A stretch of DNA of 64,000 nt from Dictyostelium discoideum (GCA_000004695.1 CM000152.2:3872001-3936000); one strand, 5' to 3'. Shown: positions 28,777 through 45,266, counted from the first letter of the stretch. Translations and numbers: made by a program. The notes: generated by a model from the sequence alone, not told the origin.

Positions 28777-29596
28777 TTTATTTTTGATTTATTTTATTTA
28801 AATTAAAATTTGATTTATTTAATATTTGATGATTTAATAAAAATAAAAAAAAAAAAAAAAAACTTATAATTTATACCTTTTTTTTTTTTATAGGATAATT
28901 AAAATTAAATCATATTTTTTTTTTTTTTTTTCTTTAAATTATAATAATTTGTAATATAACCAATTTTATACAAATGTATAATGTCAAAAAAGTTAACCAC
29001 AAATTACAAATTCTTTGAATTATACTTTTTTTTTTTGTGTGTTTATATACATTTTTGACAGTTTATATTAAAAAGGATAAAATGAACTTTCTAGTTAATA
29101 ATAACAAATTCGTATTTAATTAATCCACACAACCCACAATTTAAGGTGCCGTTAAAAAAAAAAAAAAAAAAAATAAAATAAATACAATAGAAAAATAACA
29201 ATACCACCAACCAACCTTTAAAAAATTATTTTTTACCATATTACAATTCTTGTAAAATTAACACTAGTGTGGGATGTAATGGTAATATTCAAAAAATAAA
29301 ATCAATTAACAATACAATGAATTAAAACAATAATAAAACCTTAAACTGATAACCTTAACTAGTTTATTAAATATAAATTTTTTTTTTTTAATCAATCATT
29401 TTAAATAGAGTAAAATTAAATTTGAAAAAAAGTATTATTATAATAATAAAAAACGAAATTTTAAAACATTTAAAAAAATTCTGATTTAATTTATTTAGTT
29501 TTTTAATTTAATTGGAAATTCGCCAATTTTTAAATATAATAGTATTACATTTGTTGTAATTTTGAAAATATATTTTTAATAATTTATAAAAATATT

Positions 29597-29927
29597 TTAA
29601 ATACCACAACAACAACCTCCACAACATGGGCCATTTCCTCCACCCATACCTCCATTACCATTACCACGGTTTCCACCATTACCACCACATGCACCTCTTG
29701 ATCTAGAACCACCAGTTAAATCTAAACCTAATCCTAAACCTAATCCTAAACCAAGAATACCACCACTTCCACCACAACCACCTCCACATGCAACTGTATT
29801 TGAACCCATACTTGTTCCACTACCAAATGATGATATACTGGATTTTGAACTTGTCATTGGATTTGAAATTGATGAAATTGATGCTATTAATTTTATAATT
29901 TAATTAGTATTCATAATTTATTTTATA

Positions 29928-29963
<36 letters not shown>

Positions 29964-29980
29964 TTACAAAAGAGTGTCAT
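29597..29980 (-). CDS. hssA/2C/7E-family protein, copy 7 (A-type; exon 1 at 29980-29968, exon 2 at 29883-29597)
   Basis: Same exon 1, intron and exon 2 architecture as the other copies; ORF 29597..29857. Confidence 0.7.
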
Positions 29981-30908
29981 TTTATTTTATTTTATTTAAG
30001 TTTAGTTTATTTTTTTATTTTTTTATTAAATTAATAATATATTTATGGAATTAATAATAAAGTTTTTAATTTATTTATACATTTTTTTTTGAAATAATTA
30101 TTTAAATTGAATAATCACTTTTTATTAATTAAAAATAGTTTGTAATTTAACCTCAAGTCTACAAAGCCAAAAAGTTATCCACGAATTTCTAATAAATCAA
30201 TTCTGTAAGATTAAATCTTTTTACAAATTCTACATAAGAGAAAAAAGTTTAAACAATATAAAAAAATAAATTGAAATTTCTAAATGGAATGTATAAAACT
30301 TCATATAAAAACGAATTTGTTTATCACCCCAACCCACAAATATTTATTGAAAAATTGAAAATAGTGGTTGCAATTCAAAAAAAAAAAATCTTCATATGAT
30401 CTTTAACAATAACCCCATTTTTTAAACCTAAAAATAATTATCACCAACTTACATTTTTTTTTTTTTTATATTAAAAATAGACTTATATATAATTTAAAGA
30501 AGATAATAAAATTTTAATGAAAAAATTATAATGATTGGTATTATAAAAAAAAAACTATATCTTTTATTTTAAACTAAAATTTTAATGATAAAATCATAAA
30601 CCAAATTATGTTTTAAAATTATTCAATTAATAATTGTTTTTTTTTATAAAATTGAACATGATTGATTTTTTCTATAGAAGATTCGAATCTTTGTCCCCTT
30701 ATCAAATCTTAACTCTAAAAACATCAAAACAATATATCAATAGTTTTAAATTAAGATAATAGAAAATAATAAAATAAAATAATTTAAAACAATAATTTTT
30801 TATTTGTTTTTTTTTTTATAGTTCGGTAATTCATCAATTTTATATTAAATAAAATAGTATTACATTTATAGTAATGTTGAATAAATATTTGTAAATTTTT
30901 TTAATATT

Positions 30909-31326
30909 TTAAATACCACAACATGGGCCTCCACAACATGAACCATTTCCTCCACCCATACCTCCATTACCATTACCATTACCACGATTACCACCACAAG
31001 CACCTCTTGATCTAGAACCACCAGTTAAATCTAAACCTAATCCTAGACCTAAACCTAAACCTGAGCCAAGAATACCACCACTTCCACCACAACCACCACA
31101 TGCAATTGAATTTGAACCCATACTTGTTCCACTACCGAATGATGAAATACTGGATTTTGATCCAGACATTGAGGTTGACATTGATGAGATTGATGCTAAA
31201 AAATAATTTAAATTATAAAATTAGTATTTTATTTTATTATATAATATTTATATAATTATAAAATATTATGAAATATATAATTTCAACCATAAATAAAATA
31301 TTTTAATCCTTACAAAAGAGTGTCAT
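30909..31326 (-). CDS. hssA/2C/7E-family protein, copy 8 (B-type; exon 1 at 31326-31314, exon 2 at 31195-30909)
   Basis: Same architecture as the other copies; ORF 30909..31181. Confidence 0.7.
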
Positions 31327-32016
31327 TTTATTTTTTATTTTTTTTAATTTTTGATTTATTTAATATTTGATGATTTAGTTGATTAAAAAAAAAAAAAAAC
31401 TTATAATTTATACTTTTTTTATTTTTAGGATAATTAAAACTAAATCATATTTTTTATTTTTTTTCTTTAAATTATAATAATTTGTAATATAACCAAATTT
31501 TTTACAAATGTATAACGTCAAAAAATTAACCACAAAATTACAATAAAACAAATTCTTTGATTTATTCTTTTTTTTTTTATTTGTTTGTATTATATTTTTG
31601 ACGGTTTATATTAAAAATGAAATTTCCAGTTAATAATAACAAATTCGTATTTATTTAATTAACCCCCACAACCCACAAATTTATATTAATAAAAAAAAAA
31701 AAATTTATGGTGTTAATTAAAAAATAAAAAAAAATAAAAAATAAAAAAAATAGTAATAATAACAATACCACCTTTTTTTTTTTTTTACCAATTTACAATT
31801 TAATTTCGATTTTATTAATTTTATTATCAATTGTATTTAAAAAAAATTGTAATATCAAATTTAACAATAAACAATCAAATATATATCATTTTCTATTTAA
31901 ATATGATAATGTTATTAAATTTTCTTTTTTTTTTTTTTTTTTAGAAAATTAAAATTACAATAAATACAAATTTAGATTAATAAATATTAATATATAAATT
32001 AATAAATTATTAAATC

Positions 32017-34218
<2,202 letters not shown>

Positions 34219-34233
34219 AACAACTTTTTTTTA

Positions 34234-34331
<98 letters not shown>

Positions 34332-34509
34332 GAATAAAATATATTACACAATAGTTTTATTTTTATAAAAGAATCTTTAAAGATTAAAAAAAAAAAAAAG
34401 ATAAATTGGAAATTGTTTCTGGTTTTTGTTTGTCTTTTTTTTAGTGATATAACTATTGTTTTTCTTTTTTTTTTTTTTTTTTTCTTTTTCTTTAACTATT
34501 TGATTTTTA

Positions 34510-34552
<43 letters not shown>

Positions 34553-36256
34553 TTTTTCTAAAAATAATGCAATTTTTTTTTTTTATTGTTTTAATTTATT
34601 AAATTTTATTTTAATTTAATTTTTTTTTTTTTTTTTTTTTTTTGTGGCTGGAGGTTGTTTTTTTTTAAAATAATAATCTTGACTTTTGCTATAAGTTTAT
34701 AAATAAATAAAAAAATGTTTTACTATAATAAAATAATTATTTTATGAATAAAAACAATGTGGAGAAAAAAAATTAAAAAAAATATTTATAAATAAAATTA
34801 TTACTTTTGGGTGGTGTGTTTTATTATTTTAAAAAAAATTCAAAAATTGAAAAAAAAAAAAAAAAAAAAAAAAAAATATTTATTTTGGCGACTCAAAGAT
34901 ATCAAAAACTTTTTTTTTTTTTTTTTTCAAATAATCTGCGAAAAATAAAAACTAATCAAAAAACCAGGATATTTTAAATAAACAAAAATAAAAAAAATAA
35001 TAAAAAAAAAAAAAAATAATACAAATAAATAAATATAATAAAAAATGTTTAAAAAATAAAAAATAAAAATAAAAAAATAAAAAATAAGATAAAAATATAA
35101 ATATTTATTGTTTTTATTTAATTTTTTTATTTTCCCAACCAATCGGTTTTTTTTTTTTTTTTTTTTTTTTTGATTTTCATTTTTTTTTTTTTTTTTTTTT
35201 TTTTTTGTTTTTTTCAAATAATATTTCCACATAAATGTCATTGTTTTAATTAATAATATATTTTTAAACTATGATTATTAATAACAAATCTTTTAATTTT
35301 AAAAAAAATTAACGTGGTACAATTAAAAATACCCCACCATGGTGGTTTTTTTGTAATTTATTAACACTGTAACTAATTAATTTTTGATTTATACTATTTA
35401 TGTTTATATTTGAATATAACGATGGTGATGATGATGATATAGTGGATACTTTAATAAAATTATCTATTTTTTATGTGATAGAAAGAAAATAAAAAAAAAA
35501 ATAAAAAATTATTAGTCAAAAAATATATATATAAATAAAAATTTTTAATTAAATAGAGTGGGTTAATTACCAAAGATGGCCATTTCTATTTTTTTTATTT
35601 GTTTTTATAATTGATTGAATTTTTATAGTTTAATTTTTTGTATTTTTTTGTTTTTTGTTTTTATAATTGATTGAATGTAAATTTATATTTTTATTTTTGT
35701 TTATCATTGATTTTTTTTTTTTTATTTTATTTTTTTTATTTTTTTTAATTTTTTTAATTAATTATTTTTATTTATTAATTTATTTATTTATATAGATAAT
35801 ATAATATAATATAATATAATATTAAAAAATAATATATTATAATAATATTATTTTTTTATATTTTATTTTTTTTTTGTTACAAATTTGTTGACATAATAAA
35901 AAAAAAAAAAATGTAAAAACAATTTTTCTAAACATTTTTTTTTTTTTTTTTTTTTTTTTTTGTTTAAAATAGAAACTTTTATAAAATAGATTTTCGCTAG
36001 GACCTTTATTTCACTTTAAAAATTCAAAACAAAAAAAAAAACATAAAAAAAAAATTAAATAATAATAACAATAATATTTAATTACAATTTTCAATCTTTA
36101 AAAACTAAAAATGGAATGACACCCATTATGGTTTTTTTTTTTTTTTTTTCCAATTAATAATAATGGACAAAATATATATAGTAGAAAATAAAATAAAATG
36201 TATATTAAAATATTCTCAATAATTATAATAAAAATAATAATAAAAATAAAAATAAA

Positions 36257-36391
<135 letters not shown>

Positions 36392-37225
36392 GTATTTTAG
36401 ATTCTTTGAAATTACTTGTAATAGAACCAATTTATCATGCAAATATTTTTATAATAATTATTCATTGACTTGAAAATGAATGGTATGAAATGAATAGATT
36501 ATTTAATAAAATATTTAAAAAAGACTAGAACTTTATTCTCAAAAAGTTTGGTTGTTATCTTAAAAGAAAAAAAAAAAAAAAAAAAAAAAAATTGGTTTGG
36601 GTGTATATTTTATTTTTTTTTATTTTATTTATTTTTTATTTTTATTTTTATTTTTTTTATTTTCTTTTATCAAGAAACTTTATTAATAAAAAATAAATAA
36701 TGAAACATTTAACAAATTGGAACCATTAGTTTCTCATTTAATGGTGTAAAAAAAAAAAACATTGCACACCTTTTTATTAGTAATAAAAAATTTAAAAAAA
36801 TTTAAAAATCATATAAATTATTTATACAAATAATAAATAATAAAGATAAAAATGAATTTTATTTTAAATTTTTTTTTTTTTTTTTTTTTTTTTTCCTTCT
36901 TTTTTTTAATTTTTTTTTTTTTTTATCTACTTATAATAAATTTTGTTTCGTTTTTTAATTGAACTTTCAGACTTGATGTGTTATATTAATAAATAAACAA
37001 TTTTTTAATTTTGAAACTGTACAAGATAATGTAAAATAAAATCATCATTGGTATGTTTTTTTAAAAAATAAAAAAAAATAAAAATATAAAAAAAAAAAAT
37101 GATTAAAACAAAAGAGGAGTTTGTATTTTTAATTAACATTATTTATATTATTTTTTTTTTTTAGATTTCGGCTTTATTTTTAATTAAAATAAATCGGAAG
37201 TGTTTTTCTTTTTTTTGTTTATCCT

Positions 37226-37325
37226 NNNNNNNNNNNNNNNNNNNNNNNNNNNNNNNNNNNNNNNNNNNNNNNNNNNNNNNNNNNNNNNNNNNNNNNNNNN
37301 NNNNNNNNNNNNNNNNNNNNNNNNN
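37226..37325. other. Assembly gap (100 N); a single N also occurs at 6050
   Basis: A run of n characters in the sequence. Confidence 1.
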
Positions 37326-37796
37326 TATTTATATATACACTTTTATCAATTTTGTATGATGATGATGGTGATGATGAAATAGATATTTTAATTAAATTAT
37401 CTGATTGTTTTTTTTTTAAAAAAAAAAATAAAAAAAATGGAATTTATTAGCCAAAATTTAATTTTTTTGGAAAAAATAAATTTAGTAAAAGAGGATTGTT
37501 AAATTTACCTAAAATAGACATTGTTTTATTTATTCTTTGTTTTTTATTAATTTAAATTGTTTTTTATTTTTTATTTTGTTTTTATGTTTATTTTTTTTTA
37601 TTTTTTTTTTTTTTGTTTTTTTAATTTATTAAATTTTTTATAAATATTTTTATTTTTTTTTTTTTTTTTTTTTTTTTTTATTATTTTTAAATCTTTAAGG
37701 TTATTTCAAGTTAATAAAATAAAAAAATTATAAAAAATAAAAAAATAATTTTGTGATTTTATGAAAATTAATTAAAAAAATATCATTTTTTTTTTT

Positions 37797-37833
<37 letters not shown>

Positions 37834-38148
37834 TGTTCAGAAAAAAAAACATAGGGTATTATTGCCCTTTTGAGTTATAATTTTTATTAATAAATTTTTT
37901 TTTTTTTTTTTTAATCACTTTTTTTTTTTTTTGATAGAACACACTAAAACAGTTTGATTTTCCATATAAATAAAACTGTGTGGTTGTTGTTGTCAACAGA
38001 AAAATTATATCAATTTAAAAATATTTGTGTTTTTTATTTGGTGTTTAAAGATATTTCTATTTAACGTCTATCAAAAAAAAAAAAAAAAAAAAAAATAAAA
38101 TAAAATAAAATAAAATAAAATAAAATAAAAATAAAAATAAAACAAAAG

Positions 38149-38195
<47 letters not shown>

Positions 38196-38558
38196 AACAA
38201 AAGTAAGAAACTCATAAAAAGGATGATTTATAAATCAGCACTCAGATTATGTCACATGTATTCATCACCACCCAAATTCTCGTTTTTAACCAACAATTAA
38301 TAATTAAAACAAATACTACATTCCGTATTTAGTAATGTGATAAAAGTGTGTTTCAAAAAATCATCACTAACGAACACACAAAAAAAAAAAAAAAAAAAAA
38401 AAATGAAATAATTAAAAAATAAATAAAAACAAATAATAATAATTAAAATAATAAATACTTAAATTAAATAATATTAAATAATTAAAAAATTAAATTAAAC
38501 AGTTTTTTTTTTTTTTTTTTTGTTTGTTGGAGTTTGAAAAAAACAAGTAATATTTATT

Positions 38559-38589
<31 letters not shown>

Positions 38590-39178
38590 CTATTATTTTG
38601 AAAAATTGTTATTAATAATAATTATGATTTAAAAGGAACTAATATTTTTTTTTATATGAAATGTTTTTTTTTTTTATTATTATTATCATTATTTGTTCAT
38701 CAAAATGATTAAACCATCAATGCAAAGTAGCATTGAATTAGATTTATATTTGATATCTTATAATAAATCCATGAAAATAATTAGTAAAGATAATCTTATA
38801 TTAATTAATTTTGTTTTTATATATATATATTATTTTTTGATAAGTGATTTTGATTTCCTTTTTTAAAATAATAAAAATAGTAATATTATTAATAATAATA
38901 ATAATAAAAATAATAATAATAAGAATTAAAACAATGTTGTTAAATAATATAAGTCATAAATTTTAATTTTTTTTTTTTTTTAAAAAAAAAAAAAACAAAA
39001 CAAAAAGATAAATAATTTTATTTTTTGATTTTTTATGTTTATTTTATTTTTTGATTTTATTTTTTGTGTTTATTTTATTTACCAAAATTTAAAAAAATAA
39101 AAATAATAATATTAATTAATTCTTATTTTTTTAATTAAATTTAATCAAAATCTAATTTTAGATGAAGCGCTCAATTGA

Positions 39179-39231
<53 letters not shown>

Positions 39232-40109
39232 TCAATTTTGCTTCACAAATTAAAAAAATAAAATCTTTGATTATTGGTTGTGAATTTCAATTAGTAAGGC
39301 AAAATCAAAATTAATCATTAAGTGAAAATACCAATAATATCTCGAAAAAAAAAAAAAAAGACCACACAATAGTGTGTGAAAATTAAATATATAAATTATT
39401 TTATTAAAAGAAAAATATGCATATAGGGTGAATTTATTGTTATATATTTTTTTATTAATTAGAATACTAGCACATATTAGTGCATGGATAAAAATCATTT
39501 CTAACAAAAAAAAAAAAAAATAATAAAAAAAAATAAAATAAAATTGTTATTTTTGCTTATGTTGTTGTTGTTGTGTTTTTGTTGTTGGTTATACCAATTA
39601 TTGATTTTATTTTAATTTTTTTTTTTTTTTTTTTTTTATTTTTTTTTTAGTATGGGGTTATATATATAAAGTGTGGTTTCTTTTTGATTTTAAAGCGAGA
39701 TAACGTTCTTATCGAGTTGTTCTATTTTTAAAAAAAAAAAAAAAATTAAAAAAATTTAATAGTTAAAAATAAAAATATAAATTGGAAAAATAAAAGAAAA
39801 AATGATGAGCCCCTAAAAAATCTCTATTGAATTTACAGAATTCAATCATTGATTTTATTTTTGGTTTATTTTTAAATATTACATAAAAAAAAAAAAAAAA
39901 AAAAATATATAAAAATATAAAAATAAAAAAATAAAAATAGGTTGTAAATTAATTGATTTGATTGTTAATACCACTCATAGTATTTTTATTATTTTTATTA
40001 TTTTTATTTTTTTTATTTTACAATTTTACTTTACTTTTTTTTTTTTAAAATTTTATTTTTTCCTTCTCATATTTCTGTGAGGAAATAGACCAATTAATTA
40101 TTTGAATTT

Positions 40110-40146
<37 letters not shown>

Positions 40147-40206
40147 GGAATTGAATTTTGGTGGTGTGTGGGATATGTTTAAATAATCACAGATCTGGCC
40201 AATTTT

Positions 40207-40248
<42 letters not shown>

Positions 40249-40529
40249 CTTTCCAACTTTTTTTTTTTTTTTTTTTTTATTTTTTTTTTATTTTATTTTA
40301 TTTTTATTTTTATTTTTTTTTTTTTTATCGTCACGCAACTGATTCATTCATTTTTGTATATATTTTCCTGTTTTAATATTGATTTATTTATTTGTTCATT
40401 TATTTCGCCATATATTTATTTATTTATTATTTATTTATTTATTTATTTAAAAGATAACATCTTATTTGTATATATTAAAAAAAAAAAAAAAAAAAAAATT
40501 AATTAAAAAAAAAAAATAATAATAATAAT

Positions 40530-40564
<35 letters not shown>

Positions 40565-40676
40565 AAAGAAAAATATAAAAATAATAATAATAAATTTATT
40601 TGTACATATATAAAAAAAAAAAAAAAAATATCAACAAAAAAAAAAAAAAAAAAAAAAAAAAAACTACAATAATAAT

Positions 40677-42050
40677 ATGGCAGATAAACAAGGATTTTTA
40701 ATTAAAGAAGGTGGATCAATTAAAACATGGAAAAAGAGATGGTGTGTTTTAAAAAATAATTCAATTTTCTATTCAAAGAATGCAAGTAGTGGTGAATTAG
40801 GAATTATTCATTTAAAGGGAGTAAGTTCAATTAGTATTAGCTCAAGAAAGAAAAAGAATTGTTTTGAAATAGCAACACCTGAAAGAACCTATTTTATGAA
40901 GGCACCATCAACTGAAGAGATGAAAGAATGGATAGAGATTATAACTCAACAATTAAATAAACTTAAAGAATCTACAACAAGATCCAATAGTATGGGACAA
41001 AGTGATAACAATTTAAGACTATCTTCTAGTGGTGGTGGTGGATCAACACAACAACGTATATCAGTTGAAGATTTTGATTTATTAAAAGTTATTGGTAAAG
41101 GTAGTTTTGGTAAAGTTATGCAAGTTAGAAAGAAAGATAATGATAGAATTTATGCAATGAAGGTGTTGAATAAGAATAACATTATAGAGAGAAAAGAGGT
41201 TGATCATACGAGATCAGAGAAAAATATCCTACAAAAGTTGGTTCATCCATTCTTGGTGAACTTAAATTACAGTTTCCAAACCAACGATAAACTCTACTTT
41301 ATAATGGATTATATAAATGGTGGTGAGCTATTCTTTCACCTGCAAAACGAAGAGAAATTCGATGAAATTCGTGTGAAATTTTATTGTGCAGAAATAGTTT
41401 GTGGACTGGAGTATCTCCATAATTGCGGCATTATATATCGTGACCTCAAGCCAGAGAACATTCTACTAACAAGCGATGGACATATAGTATTGACCGATTT
41501 TGGTATAAGCAAGGAGGGTCTGGTGTCCGATAACGACCGTACGGCAACATTTTGTGGCACACCCGAGTATTTAGCTCCAGAGGTGCTCTTGGGCAAGGGC
41601 TATGGTAAGGCTGTGGATTGGTGGAGTTTTGGAACGTTGGTGTATGAGATGTTGTCTGGTTTACCACCATTCTACTCTCAAGACGTTAGGGAGATGTATC
41701 AAAAAATCATGAATGAAGATTTGAAATTCACACCACAATTCTCACCAGATGCAAGAGATTTCATAACTTAACTATTGGAAAGAGATCCAAATAAACGTTT
41801 AAGAGATATAAAAGTTGTTAAATCACATCCATTCTTCAAAGGTATCGATTGGGATAAATGCGTAAAAAAAGAATTAACTCCACCTTTCATCCCACCTGTA
41901 ACTGGTGGTAAAAATGATACAAGTCAAATCGATTCTGGTTTCTTAATTGAAACTGCAAAATTATCATTAGATCCAACAACACTAAGTAGTTCAATGCAAA
42001 AGAACTTCGAAGGTTTTACATTTGTAAATGTAAATGAACATTTAAATTAA
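40677..42050 (+). CDS. PKB/Akt-like AGC kinase with N-terminal PH domain, activation-loop TFCGTPEY and hydrophobic motif FEGFTFV; the reading frame is interrupted by one in-frame TAA at 41769-41771
   Basis: ORFs 40677..41771 and 41775..42050 are in the same frame, separated by a single TAA inside subdomain XI (...SPDARDFIT*LLERDPNKRL...). Kinase motifs present: GKGSFGKV, AMK, HRDLKPEN, DFG, GTPEYLAPE. The second ORF's reported M is a TTG. Confidence 0.7.
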
Positions 42051-42148
42051 TAAATAATAATAAATAATAAATAATAAAAAAATAAAAAAAATAAAAAAAA
42101 TAATTTTGTATTATAATAATTAAATTATTTGTTTATTTATTTTTATTT

Positions 42149-43176
42149 TTAATTTAAATTAACTTTAATTAATGATTCTAAACAAGCTCTACCACCTTCA
42201 ATTTCTAATTTAACTTTTGTATTATTATCTAAGAAAGCTTGAGTGACACGATTTGCTAAAATGATTGTAGAAGAAGCAGCTTTAATTGGTTGTTTTGAAC
42301 GTGTTGCTAAATGATATAATTGGAAAGTTTCCATTTCCAAGGTGTTTACTTTATTCTCATATAGATCAATGATATTTTCAATTAATTGTTCATTGAAATC
42401 ATCAAATTCTGGGTCGATTCTACCTTGACTACTATAGAATGAATCGGCTGATGCATTAATACCAACGACTGTTTTTCTATCTTTGAAAATTGATTCAAAG
42501 TCATTCTTTAATAAATCGATCAACTCTTTATCACCTGCAACTGGTTTTGAAATGTCATATGGTTTGCATTTAGTTTGATCTTTATTATTATCAGAGTGCC
42601 AGAAATCTGGATTTCTACGAATTAAAATCGATGATTCTGCAATTGCCAATGAACCAACTTCAACATCTTTAATAGAGCCACATGTACCATATCTAATGAT
42701 TGCCATTGGTCCATCTACAACAAATCTACCCTCTCTAACTAAAAAGTCCATCATTGGTGTACCCATACCAATTGATACAATTGATACTCTAACTCCCTTA
42801 TATTTACCAGTATGAATTACAAATCCTCTATGTGCTTTTTCTTCTTCAACTTCTTCTAATAATTCTTTTGTAAGTCTTGATGCACGTTCTGAATCTCCAA
42901 CTGTTAAAATTCTTTGTGATACTTTTTTTTAAAAAAAAAATAACAAATAAAAAATAAATAATTATTAATTAATTAATTAATTAATTAATAAATAAAAAAA
43001 TAAAAAAAAAATTTTAAAATAATAATAATAATGATTGTGAGAGAGAGAAAAAAAATAAAAAAAAATAAAAAAAACTTACATTCCCCTTTTGCAACACCTA
43101 AATGATATACAGCATTTCTTTCATCAACTGGGAAATTTGCATTTTTAGCATCGCCTAATTTTTTTACTTCTGTCAT
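42149..43176 (-). CDS. Purine/uridine nucleoside phosphorylase family (PNP_UDP_1, DeoD-like), two exons (43176-43080, 42921-42149)
   Basis: Exon 1 (ORF 42985..43176) ends GGGGAAT|GTAAGT. The acceptor (A)nG joins in phase to ORF 42149..42766. Family motifs: SIGMGTPMM, RYGTCGSI, EMETFQLYHLA. Confidence 0.6.
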
Positions 43177-44235
43177 TTTAATTTTAGTTTTATAAATGTA
43201 ATGTTATTTTATATGTATATTACAATATTAGTATTTTTTTTTTTTTTTTGAAAAAGTGATTTTTTTTTTAAAAAATTTTTTTTTTTTAAAATGCATTTTG
43301 CAGAAAAAAATTAAATTAAATTGAATTAAATTGAAAAAAAAAAAATCAAAAAAAAATCAAAAAAAAAAAATCTTTATTTATTCTTCAAATTTAATTGAAA
43401 AAAAAAAAAAAGAATGGAACCTCTTGGAAGCTGAAATTATTTATTTGGAATTATTCAATTCTAATCACTTTGTTTTAAAATATTTTAAATAGCAAAAATA
43501 ATATATAAATAAATATATATATATATATAAAATAAAATAAAATATTTATTAATATACATAATATATTATATATATATATTTTATTTTATATATTTTTTTT
43601 TATATATATATTAATAAATATATTTTTTTTTTGAAAAAATTCTTTTTTTAGTTTTTTATTTTCAAAACACAAAATTTGAACTTAATTTTTGATATTGAAA
43701 CTAAAAAAGGAAAAAAATAAAATAAAATAAAAAAACTTTGAACCAAAAAAAAGACGCGTCCAGAATAAAAAACAAATTCCAAAAAAAAAAAATAAAAAAA
43801 AATAAAAAATAATTTAAATCAGTTTAGATTATTCTTTTGGATAAAAAAAATTTGAAATCCCCTTATCGAATTTTTTTTAAATTTAGAAAGAACGAAATTT
43901 CCTTTTTTTTTTTTTTTTTTTGCCTGGGAAATATAATCGAATCTATTTTTAAATTTTTTTTTAAAATTAAGAAAATAAAATTGTTAATTTAAAAAAAACA
44001 TAATTATGGGAAAAGATATATTTTTGGTGATTATTTATTATTTATTTTAAAAAAAGTTTAATTAAACATAATTAGATTTTAAAAAAAAAAAAAAAATAAA
44101 ATGAAAATTTTATTTTTTTTTTATTTTTTTATTTTTTTTTTTTTTTTATTGGAATTTTATTTTTTTTTTCTATTTTTTTATTTTTTTTCTACTTTTTTTT
44201 TTTTTTTTGTTAAAATACCAATAAAAAAAAAAAGA

Positions 44236-44351
44236 ATGGAAGAAACTAATACAAGATGTTCTATTTGTTTGTCAGATATTGAGAATCAAACAAAAAATAA
44301 TCAATGTAATCATATATATTGGTAGGTTTCATTTAGTTTTTTTTTAATAAA

Positions 44352-44383
<32 letters not shown>

Positions 44384-45144
44384 ATTAATATTATTAAATA
44401 TTAAATATATAATATAATATTTTATTTTTTTATATAGTTTTGATTGTATATTTAATTGGGTAAAAAGTAATGATTCTTGCCCATTATGTAAAGTAAAGAT
44501 TAAAGAATTAATAAATAATGATAATGAAATTATTAAAGTTGAAGAACCAAAGAAACCAGCACCAGAGAATGTTGAAGCTGATATTAGTTGTTTAGATAAC
44601 AAATTCTTTTTAGAAGAAGTTGAAAAGTTATTATCAATTTCACATAGTATAGTATTACAAATGGAAGGATTAATGACATCACATAAAAAAGTGTACGTTA
44701 CACCAACAATGACAACTGAAGATACCAACAGATTGAATCAAATCACTGATAGATTATATATACTTCAAAAGGATTTAGAAAATTATGAAAATGCATTCGA
44801 CCCTGAAGATTTATTATCAACATTATACATTTACGAAACCACTTTAACAGATCTTAAAAATATTTATTTATCAGAATTTTTAAATAATAATAATTTAAAT
44901 GGTAATAATTATAGTAATAGAAATAGAAATAAATATAAACAAAATCATACTACTAGTGGAGATATAAGAGGTGGTTATACTAATTACAATGATGATGACT
45001 ATGAATCTGATGAATATGAAGATGAAGATTATTATGAAATTCAAGATCAAATTTATAATAAATCTAATAATAATAGTGGTGGTGGTAATGGTAATGTTAG
45101 TAGAAATTCAAAATTAAATAATAGTAATAATAATAATTTAAATT

Positions 45145-45181
<37 letters not shown>

Positions 45182-45206
45182 TAAACCGACACCAAGTAAA
45201 AGATAA
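44236..45206 (+). CDS. C3HC4 RING-finger protein, two exons (44236-44321, 44438-45206)
   Basis: Exon 1 is ATGGAAGAAACT...CATATATATTG|GTAGGT. The acceptor TATATAG joins in frame to ORF 44661..45206. The RING is CSICLSD-x15-CNHIYCFDCIFNW-x6-CPLC. Confidence 0.6.
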
Positions 45207-45231
45207 TAATTATTATAATAAAAATATGTAT

Positions 45232-45266
<35 letters not shown>

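Larger units (their letters stand above)
17710..31326 (-). repeat. Tandem array of hssA-family gene units (about 1.1-1.3 kb each) with alternating A and B subtypes and conserved spacers; interrupted between 22.9 and 28.3 kb
   Basis: Stop codons recur at 17710, 18823, 20080, 21288, 22494, 28382, 29597 and 30909. Long spacer blocks are near-identical between copies, e.g. 19200-19700, 21660-22130 and 29990-30470. Confidence 0.8.

Noticed and set aside
17710-31326. Regular 1.2-kb repeats with conserved and variable parts, which could be mistaken for a CRISPR-like array or a satellite
   Set aside because: The units are 1.1-1.3 kb, each containing a spliced protein-coding gene. The genome is clearly eukaryotic (spliceosomal introns, tRNAs with ex-B boxes). 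No short direct repeats or spacers of CRISPR dimensions are present.
41381-41670. Minus-strand ORFs inside the PKB-like kinase gene
   Set aside because: They are antisense to a strongly supported kinase catalytic domain and have no features of their own.
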